Positions 46,250 to 53,319 of a stretch of 53,319 nt of DNA are shown in pieces; the stretch's first letter is position 1; every line of letters begins with the position of its first letter. Location: the NCBI GenBank assembly GCA_045661145.1, contig JAZRFC010000060.1:1-53319 (forward strand). Reading direction: 5' to 3'. Under the pieces are notes generated by a model, which saw only the letters and a program-made list of their open reading frames with translations, made no database searches and was not told the DNA's origin. A program made the translations under genes and the position numbers. Source of the stretch: Clostridia bacterium (GTDB lineage: Bacteria; Bacillota; Clostridia; UMGS1883).

Positions 46250-47620
46250 TTATAGAACAACACCGTCTTTAAATATTGAAATTTCTTCGCATTTGTTAAT
46301 CTCGTTTTTAGCTTCTTTTCCGTTTGCAATTTCAATGCAGTAATCAAGGAGTTCTTCTGTGGGGTCAACTCCGTCAATCATTGGGCTTGCATCAAAGTCA
46401 ATCCAATTAGATTTTCTTACTGCAAGATTATGATTTGTTGCAATCTTTATTGTAGGCACGGGCGCACCGAGGGGCGTTCCGCGTCCTGTTGTAAAGAGTA
46501 TCATATGTACTCCTGCAGCGGTAAGATTTGTTACTGCAACAATATCATTTCCTGGTCCGTTGAGAAGTGAAAGACCGTTTTCCTTTAACATATCACCATA
46601 ATCAAGAACGTCTACCACCTCTGAAAGACCTCCCTTTTGAACACAACCAAGAGATTTTTCTTCAAGAGTAGTGATCCCGCCTGCCTTGTTTCCGGGAGAG
46701 GGATTTTCGTAAACCACCTGATTGTGTCTTATAAAGTATTGCTTGAAATTATTGATAAGAGAAACTGTTTTGTCGAATATTTCTTTATTCTTGCATCTCT
46801 TCATAAGAAGATGCTCAGCACCGAACATTTCGGGAACTTCTGTGAGTACACAGCTCCCTCCCATAGAAATAAGAAGGTCGGAAAGTCTTCCTACAAGGGG
46901 ATTTGCCGTAATACCACTGTATCCGTCACTGCCTCCGCATTTAAGTCCTATTTTAAGTTCGGAAATACATACAGGAACACGCTGTTCTTTTTTTGCATTT
47001 TCCTGGAGTCCTTTTACTATTCTGATTCCATCTTCAATTTCGTCCTCAGATTCCTGTGCATTGAGAAATTTAATTCTTCCATCGTCCCAACTGCCAAGCA
47101 CTGTTTTAAAATGGTCGATGTAGTTGTTTTCACAACCAAGACCTATAACAAGAATACCGCCTGCATTAGGATGGTTAACAAGTCCTTTCAAAACGAGCTG
47201 GGTTGTCTGATGGTCATCACCAAGCTGAGAACAACCGAAAGGATGGGTAAATGCTTTTGCACCCGTCTTTTCGGCAATAACCTTTGCCTGAGAATTTACA
47301 CAACCTACGGTGGGAATAATCCATACATCATTTCTGATTCCCACATTGCCGTCTTTTCTTCTGTATCCCATAAATGTTCGGTCAGTTGTAATTTTGTCAC
47401 GTTTTACTTCACCCGGCTCATACACATATTCAAGCTCGCCTGAAAGGTTGGTTTTCATATTATGGGTGTGTACATGGTTCCCCTTTTGTATATCTTCTGT
47501 TGCGTGACCTATCGGCTGACCGTACTTAATAATGTTTTCACCTTTTTTTATATCAACTCTTGCATATTTGTGTCCGTCTTCAAGGTTAATTTCAACGTTG
47601 TCAAGATTATTTATTAACAT
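46250..47620 (-). CDS. uxaA: Altronate dehydratase (SAF + GD_AH domains)
   Basis: IIKYGQPIG, HVHTHN, IGLKCGGSDG, NPSPGNKAGG, FTTGRG. Confidence 0.93.
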   Translation of the reverse strand: MLINNLDNVEINLEDGHKYARVDIKKGENIIKYGQPIGHATEDIQKGNHVHTHNMKTNLSGELEYVYEPGEVKRDKITTDRTFMGYRRKDGNVGIRNDVWIIPTVGCVNSQAKVIAEKTGAKAFTHPFGCSQLGDDHQTTQLVLKGLVNHPNAGGILVIGLGCENNYIDHFKTVLGSWDDGRIKFLNAQESEDEIEDGIRIVKGLQENAKKEQRVPVCISELKIGLKCGGSDGYSGITANPLVGRLSDLLISMGGSCVLTEVPEMFGAEHLLMKRCKNKEIFDKTVSLINNFKQYFIRHNQVVYENPSPGNKAGGITTLEEKSLGCVQKGGLSEVVDVLDYGDMLKENGLSLLNGPGNDIVAVTNLTAAGVHMILFTTGRGTPLGAPVPTIKIATNHNLAVRKSNWIDFDASPMIDGVDPTEELLDYCIEIANGKEAKNEINKCEEISIFKDGVVL

Positions 47621-48875
47621 ATTTTTTTACCTCCTCGCAAAGGAAAGTAAGGTCTTCATCCCAAAGAGCTTTGTTTGCAAGAATTTCCTCTACGGAAGCC
47701 GTCTTCATAAATTCGCAGATTTCCTTATCATCATTTGTCATATCTGTTCTGTAAAAGTCAATCAGTTTTGCAAATGAGAAAATAAGTGTTTCGGGCATTT
47801 TGTCGTAACGCTTAATGTATTCAAGAATAGAGGGGAGAACACGTACCTTGAACTTGCTTACGGAATTAAGTGCAATGGAAGAAAGATAATGCTTTATGTA
47901 TGGATTGGAGAATCTTGTTATTACACTGTTTGCATACTCGATAAGCTCTTCCTTGGGAAGGTCAAGTGTGGGAATAATTTCATCAAAAACACAGCTCTTT
48001 ATGTGGGTAAGCATTTTTTCATTGTCCACGCAGGCTTTTACTGTGTCAAATCCCTCGAGAAATGCATAAGGAACCAATGATGTATGTGCACCGTTAAGAA
48101 TGCGGACTTTTCTTGTTCTGTACATTTCAAGATTTTCTGTAACGATTACATTAAGGTCACATTTATCAAAGGGAATTTCAGTACAGAGGTCTTTGTAACC
48201 GTCAATCACCCAAAGGTGGAAGTACTCTGATGTGTTAAGCATATTGTCTTCATAGCCAAGGTCAATTTGTTCATCTTTTGGGAAACCGGTGTTGATTCTG
48301 TCAACAAGAGTATTACAGAAAACATTATCGTTTTCAACCCAATTTTTGAAATCATCACCGAGATTCCAAAGGTCTGCATATTGTAAAATTACCTTTTTAA
48401 GAGTTGTGCCGTTCTTATCAATAAGTTCGCATGGAAGGAATACAAATCCGTTAAGACCAAGGTCAAACCTTTTTTTGAGAAGCTGAGTAACCTTAGCGGG
48501 GAAAGTAACTGCGGGTGTATCGGTAATTTTGTCGTCAGAGCTGAATACAATACCTGCCTCGGTTGTATTTGATACGATAAAACGCATTGAAGGGATTTCT
48601 GCAAGCGCCATATAGGAATCAAAATTCTCATAAGGCTTTACACAACGTGAAATAACATCAATTTTTCTTGTATCTACACCTTCGCTGCCTCGACAAATAT
48701 GGGTGTATTTGCAATCCTGAGCAGAAAGCATATCACACATACCTTTTTCGATGGGCTGAACAACAACAACATTTCCACCAAAATCTGTTTTTTCGTTAAC
48801 AATCTGAAGCATCCAATCAACAAAGCCTCTTAAAAATCCACCCTCGCCAAACTGAATAACCTTTTCTGAATACAT
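47607..48875 (-). CDS. uxaB: Tagaturonate reductase (altronate oxidoreductase)
   Basis: IQFGEGGFLRGF, SNTTEAGI, LPCELI, RKVRILNGAHT, RFSNPYI; GGAGG RBS before ATG 48875. Confidence 0.93.
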   Translation of the reverse strand: MYSEKVIQFGEGGFLRGFVDWMLQIVNEKTDFGGNVVVVQPIEKGMCDMLSAQDCKYTHICRGSEGVDTRKIDVISRCVKPYENFDSYMALAEIPSMRFIVSNTTEAGIVFSSDDKITDTPAVTFPAKVTQLLKKRFDLGLNGFVFLPCELIDKNGTTLKKVILQYADLWNLGDDFKNWVENDNVFCNTLVDRINTGFPKDEQIDLGYEDNMLNTSEYFHLWVIDGYKDLCTEIPFDKCDLNVIVTENLEMYRTRKVRILNGAHTSLVPYAFLEGFDTVKACVDNEKMLTHIKSCVFDEIIPTLDLPKEELIEYANSVITRFSNPYIKHYLSSIALNSVSKFKVRVLPSILEYIKRYDKMPETLIFSFAKLIDFYRTDMTNDDKEICEFMKTASVEEILANKALWDEDLTFLCEEVKKYVNK

Positions 48876-49040
48876 AACAATACCTCCAAAATACAATTTC
48901 AATTTATTTAGTTAAAGTATATGTCAAAAATTTTTAAACTTCTATCAAATTCTTGCTGATTTACAGAAAAAATATTAAAATTTTGCTTGAAAATCAGTTT
49001 TTTTACTGATAATATGGATATAGAGAAAGGAAGTGGTAAA

Positions 49041-49850
49041 ATGCGATTGGCACTTGAAGAAATTATTCAGAATTATGATGTAACAAGAGAAAAGCGTGCA
49101 AGCGCATATAATATGCCCGATTCGCACTACCACGACCATTATGAAATATACTTTCTTGCAAAAGGAAGCGTGAGGTATTTTATTGAGGACAGAGTTTTTG
49201 ACCTTGAAGAAGGGGATGTTGTATTAATCCCACCCCATGTAATTCATAAGACGGCTACACTTAAGAATAAAGGCTCAGAAAGAATTGTTATTGCATTCAC
49301 TAATGAATTTATTGCTTATCCTCAAAACGACAGAATATTTTCCTGTTTTGATGTTCTGTATTTTAAAGCTCCTCCAATTCGCGAACTTGTGGAAAAAGTC
49401 GAATATGAGTTTAATGAAAAAGACCGCTATTCCGAGGAACTCATATCAGGATATATAAGAGAAATTATTGTAAAGTTAAAACGCTTGACAGATAAAGAAC
49501 CGCATAAAGAGGATTCAATTAAAGATTCCATAATGCAAAATGCAATACGCTATATTACTGAGAATTACTCTCAGGAATTATCCCTGAGTATGATTGCAGA
49601 GCATTTTGCACTGAGCGAAAGTCATTTTTCCAGACAGTTCAAGTTTTATACCGGCTTTGGTGTTAATGAGTATATATCAACAGTACGTGTAAAAAATGCG
49701 GAAAAGCTTTTGGCAACCACAACTTTGCCGGTGACACGGGTTGCGCAAAACTGTGGTTTTAACAGCAGCAGTTATTTTGCATCAGTATTTAAAAAAGTGA
49801 GAGGGATTTCTCCCGGAGAGGTACGGAAGAAACGGAGGGAAAATCAATGA
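49041..49850 (+). CDS. AraC family transcriptional regulator with cupin sensor domain
   Basis: HYHDHYEIY cupin; C-terminal HTH SESHFSRQFK...CGFNSSSYFASVFKK; divergent from uxaBA. Confidence 0.92.
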   Translation: MRLALEEIIQNYDVTREKRASAYNMPDSHYHDHYEIYFLAKGSVRYFIEDRVFDLEEGDVVLIPPHVIHKTATLKNKGSERIVIAFTNEFIAYPQNDRIFSCFDVLYFKAPPIRELVEKVEYEFNEKDRYSEELISGYIREIIVKLKRLTDKEPHKEDSIKDSIMQNAIRYITENYSQELSLSMIAEHFALSESHFSRQFKFYTGFGVNEYISTVRVKNAEKLLATTTLPVTRVAQNCGFNSSSYFASVFKKVRGISPGEVRKKRRENQ

Positions 49851-50566
49851 AAAGAAAAAAGAAGAAAAACACCTTTTTAAGAAAGATTGTTTTTTTCATA
49901 TTAGCTTGCATTATCTTTATTTCTGCATTTGTGATTGGCATAGGTTGGGTAAAGTATGAGGCGGTTACAAAAGAGTTATCTGTTGATGATGCAATTGTAC
50001 AAATAAAAGCAAAGGAAAACTACACAAATATTGATAATATTTCCCTGACTTTTATAAATGCAATGGTAGCAGTTGAGGACAGAAGATTTTATAAGCATAA
50101 CGGAGTTGATATTATCGGGATAGCGAGGGCTTTTGCGAAGAATGTAAAGGATAAAACCTTGTCAGAAGGTGGAAGCTGTATAACTCAGCAGTTAGCAAAG
50201 AATATATATTTTATAAATGATAACACTTTTTCCAGAAAAATTGCTGAAATTTTCATTTCAATAGAATTAGAGAAAAAACTTTCAAAGAAAGAGATTCTGG
50301 AGTTGTATTTTAACGTAATATACTACGGCAGCGGTTATTATAATATTTACGATGCTTCTGTGGGTTATTTCAATAAGATTCCGTCTAAAATCAGCGATTA
50401 TGAAGCAACCTTACTTGCAGGAATACCAAATGCACCGTCTGTTTATTCATTGAAAAACAATCCCGAGCTTGCAAAACAACGTCAAAAAACCGTTGTTAAT
50501 GCGATGGTGGATATGAAATATCTTACAAATGCAGAAGCAAATGCTATTTTATCACGAAACAAATAG
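49847..50566 (+). CDS. Monofunctional peptidoglycan transglycosylase (GT51)
   Basis: AVEDRRFYKH, GGSCITQQLAKN, RKIAE, KKEILELYFN; no transpeptidase domain. Confidence 0.9.
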   Translation: MKRKKKKNTFLRKIVFFILACIIFISAFVIGIGWVKYEAVTKELSVDDAIVQIKAKENYTNIDNISLTFINAMVAVEDRRFYKHNGVDIIGIARAFAKNVKDKTLSEGGSCITQQLAKNIYFINDNTFSRKIAEIFISIELEKKLSKKEILELYFNVIYYGSGYYNIYDASVGYFNKIPSKISDYEATLLAGIPNAPSVYSLKNNPELAKQRQKTVVNAMVDMKYLTNAEANAILSRNK

Positions 50567-50698
50567 GTTAGTTTATTTTATTGCGTTATCCTGCAACTTA
50601 TAAAAACGGTATTTATGAAAGTTGACTTTCTATAAAATGGTGTTAGAATGTAATTGAAGTACTCTGTTTTGGCAGAAAGATAAAAAGGAGGAAACCGT

Positions 50699-51743
50699 AT
50701 GAAAATGACTTTCAGATGGTATGGTGAAAGTGATTCTATCACACTTGACCATATCAGACAAATTCCCTGTATGACAGGCGTAGTAACGGCTGTCATACAG
50801 CGTTCCTGTAGGCGAAGTATGGACTCGGGAAGAAATCGATAAAATGAAAGCTATGGTAAATGCTAAAGGGCTCGAAATGGAAGTAATCGAATCTGTTCCC
50901 GTGCACGAAGATATTAAGCTTCGTCAGGGCAACTATCAGCTTTACATAGATAATTACAAAGAAAACATAAGAAGACTTGCAAAAGCAGGCGTAAAGTGTA
51001 TTTGCTACAACTTTATGCCCGTGTTTGATTGGACTCGTTCCCGTCTTGACCAGCCGCTTCCCGACGGTTCAAATGCTCTTGTTTACTACAAGGAAGACGT
51101 TGACAAAATGGACCCGACAAAGATGACACTTCCCGGATGGGATGCTTCTTACACTCCAGAAGAAATGTCAGGTCTTATTGATAAGTACAAGGAAATAGGC
51201 GAGGAGGGACTCTGGTCTAACCTTGAATACTTCATCAAGGAGATTATCCCCGTAGCAGTAGAATGTGATGTTAATATGGCTATTCATCCGGATGACCCGC
51301 CGTGGAGTATCTTCGGTATTCCAAGAATCATTACAAACGAAAAGAATATCGACAGATTCGTTTCTCTCTATGATGATGTACATCACGGACTTACTCTTTG
51401 CAGTGGTTCGTTAGGCTGTGCAACATATAACGATTACACAGCGATGGTAAGAAAGTACGGAGCAATGGGCAGAATCCATTTTGCACATGTAAGAAATATT
51501 AAAATACTTCCCGACGGCTCATTTGAAGAAAGCGGTCATCTTTCTGAATGTGGTTCTCTTGATGTTGTGGAAATCCTTAAGGCATATCACGACACAGGAT
51601 TTAAAGGGTATCTTCGCCCCGATCACGGCAGAATGATTTGGGGAGAAACAGGAAAGCCCGGTTACGGTCTTTATGACAGAGCATTGGGCGCAATGTATAT
51701 GGCAGGTATCTGGGAAACACTTGAGAAAGAGGGCTTGAAATGA
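50699..51743 (+). pseudogene. uxuA: Mannonate dehydratase with a +1 frameshift near 50795
   Basis: Frame A from 50699 reads [32 protein letters not shown]; skipping one base (50795) continues [20 protein letters not shown]... into the 299-aa ORF ([33 protein letters not shown]). Confidence 0.88.
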
Positions 51744-52585
51744 AATTACCTTTTGAGATAGATTTAACAGGAAAAGTATGTGTGGTTACAGGTGCAGGGG
51801 GAGTTCTTTGCTCTATGTTTGCTGAAGCACTTGCAAAAACAGGCACAAAGGTGGCACTTCTTGACCTTAATGAAGAAGCGGCAAAAAGCTATGCCGATAA
51901 TATAGTAAAAGACGGAGGTATTGCAAAAGGATATGCTTGTAATGTGCTTGATAAGGAAAGCATAGAAAAAGCACATGAGGAAATTGTAAGTGATTTCGGT
52001 ACTTGCGATATTCTTATCAACGGTGCAGGTGGCAACAACCCCAAGGCTACTACCGACAACGAATACTTTACTCCTGAAGCTATGGGAAATGTAAAGACAT
52101 TCTTTGACCTCGACAAATCAGGCGTTGAATTTGTATTTAACCTTAATTTCTTAGGTACACTTTTACCCACACAGGTATTTGCAAAGGATATGCTTGATAA
52201 AGAGGATGCAAGCATTATAAATATCTCAAGCATGAATGCATATACACCTCTTACAAAGATACCTGCATACTCAGGTGCAAAGGCAGCAATATCTAACTTT
52301 ACACAGTGGCTTGCAGTTCATTTTTCAAAGACAAACATCCGTTGCAATGCAATAGCCCCGGGCTTCTTTGTAACAAAGCAGAATGAAAAATTGCTTTTCA
52401 ATGAAGACGGAACACCTACTGCAAGAACGGGTAAGATCCTTTCTGCAACTCCCATGGATAGATTCGGTAAGGCAGAAGAGCTTATAGGTACACTTTTGTT
52501 CCTCGTGCATAAGGATGCATCAAGCTTTGTAAACGGAGTTGTAATCCCCGTAGATGGTGGATTCAGTGCATATAGCGGTGTTTAA
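51740..52585 (+). CDS. uxuB: D-mannonate oxidoreductase (SDR family, UxuB-like)
   Basis: [36 protein letters not shown]; follows uxuA. Confidence 0.85.
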   Translation: MKLPFEIDLTGKVCVVTGAGGVLCSMFAEALAKTGTKVALLDLNEEAAKSYADNIVKDGGIAKGYACNVLDKESIEKAHEEIVSDFGTCDILINGAGGNNPKATTDNEYFTPEAMGNVKTFFDLDKSGVEFVFNLNFLGTLLPTQVFAKDMLDKEDASIINISSMNAYTPLTKIPAYSGAKAAISNFTQWLAVHFSKTNIRCNAIAPGFFVTKQNEKLLFNEDGTPTARTGKILSATPMDRFGKAEELIGTLLFLVHKDASSFVNGVVIPVDGGFSAYSGV

Positions 52586-52617
52586 AGTCATTTTTCACGA
52601 CAGTTTGTATAAAGGTT

Positions 52618-52666
52618 TAAAAGCCATCAGTTTTTGGAAATATGTTCCAAAAACTGATGGCTTTTA
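52618..52666. terminator. Bidirectional terminator with a 22-bp perfect stem
   Basis: taaaagccatcagtttttggaa-atatg-ttccaaaaactgatggctttta. Confidence 0.88.
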
Positions 52667-52708
52667 TAATTTGAGACACTTTAAAAAGTCGAGTAGTCAA
52701 AATTGATT

Positions 52709-53020
52709 TTATTCAAGATGAAATACGTTTTTCAAATCGATACTCACAGGACTGTTGTCAGGATTAGTTTCCATAATATCAGCCATGTAGTCCCACCACT
52801 TCCTGCATATTTCTGTATTCACACTTTCTGCCCACTTTTCTTCGCTGTCAATCTCGATATATCCAAAAAGCGTGAGAGTTTCCTTATCCAGAAAAATTGT
52901 GTAGTTCTTTCCGCCGTAATCGTGTATCATTTTTTTCATTTCAGGCCAAAGCAGATTATGACGTTTTTCATACTCGGCTTCTTTGCCTTCATATAACTTC
53001 ATTTTAAATCCTTTAATCAT
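52709..53020 (-). CDS. rhaM: L-rhamnose mutarotase
   Basis: FKMKL, EYEKRHNLLWPEM, NYTIFLD, CRKWWDYMADIMETNPDNSP. Confidence 0.95.
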   Translation of the reverse strand: MIKGFKMKLYEGKEAEYEKRHNLLWPEMKKMIHDYGGKNYTIFLDKETLTLFGYIEIDSEEKWAESVNTEICRKWWDYMADIMETNPDNSPVSIDLKNVFHLE

Positions 53021-53110
53021 ATTTTAAAATCTTCCTTTCACTTTTTAATAGCTTAGAAAATATTAAAGGATTATTTAAAAAATCAAAAATAACTGATGAA
53101 GAGGTTTATG

Positions 53111-53319
53111 TGATATGCACCCCAAAAGTTAGACACTTTTGGAGGTGCATATTTTTTATGGGCAAAACAGGAAGAAAAAACAAAAAGTATAGTACAGAAT
53201 TCAAAATTAGTGTTATAATGGATATGCGTGAACATCATCTGTGCTATAGCGAAGTTGTGAGAAAGTATTGGGACATAACTAAAGGACAAGAACACAACTA
53301 TATAGATGCCATACAACGG
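53111..53319 (+). mobile_element. Left end of an IS3-family (IS150/IS861-like) insertion sequence, truncated by the window edge
   Basis: Terminus 5'-TGATATGCACCCCAAAAGTTAGACA resembles IS3-family IRL; followed by an OrfA start. Confidence 0.8.
53158..53319 (+). CDS. IS3-family transposase OrfA (HTH), N-terminal fragment
   Basis: Hand translation MGKTGRKNKKYSTEFKISVIMDMREHHLCYSEVVRKYWDITKGQEHNYIDAIQR, open to the edge; K.YS.EFK...V motif; GGAGG RBS. Confidence 0.8.
   Translation, partial: MGKTGRKNKKYSTEFKISVIMDMREHHLCYSEVVRKYWDITKGQEHNYIDAIQR

Noticed and set aside
53083-53316. 77-aa minus-strand ORF at the window end
   Set aside because: Antisense to the IS OrfA start and crosses the IS terminus; no supporting features.
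1-53319. CRISPR arrays, tRNA or rRNA genes
   Set aside because: No regularly spaced direct repeats, cloverleaf signatures or rRNA-like sequence found; intergenic regions are short and accounted for.

Overview
A 53.3 kb chromosomal window from a spore-forming clostridial Firmicute (spoIID, a SpoIIQ-like M23 gene, ytfJ/gerW, ispH-rpsA fusion, split transketolase, sigma-A promoters). Most of it is housekeeping and catabolic: purine/nucleoside uptake (xpt plus a BMP-family ABC transporter), dtd-ppx-trmL, cysE-cysS-mrnC, transketolase, pcrA, cmk-plsC-ispH/rpsA, mntP, GH26-NfeD-SPFH, a GH106-like protein, feoAB, scpAB, upp-uraA, glnS, citrate synthase, a lysine riboswitch with an NhaC/LysW transporter, hexuronate genes (uxaAB, uxuAB), rhaM, and the left end of an IS3-family element at the window edge. 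The main accessory feature is an AT-rich ~3.6 kb island (7744-11398) with six co-oriented genes. It includes a tightly coupled module of a coiled-coil protein, two distantly paralogous small helical proteins and a membrane-anchored RCC1/BLIP-II-like repeat protein, which is the best candidate here for an undescribed system. Other notable points: an in-frame TAG in the middle of glnS, a +1 frameshift in uxuA, an apparent non-canonical (ATA/ATT) start for cysE, a GH106-like protein that seems to have lost catalytic motifs, and twin palindromic operators in the feo operon. No rRNA, tRNA or CRISPR array was seen. All family assignments come from motif recognition, not database searches.
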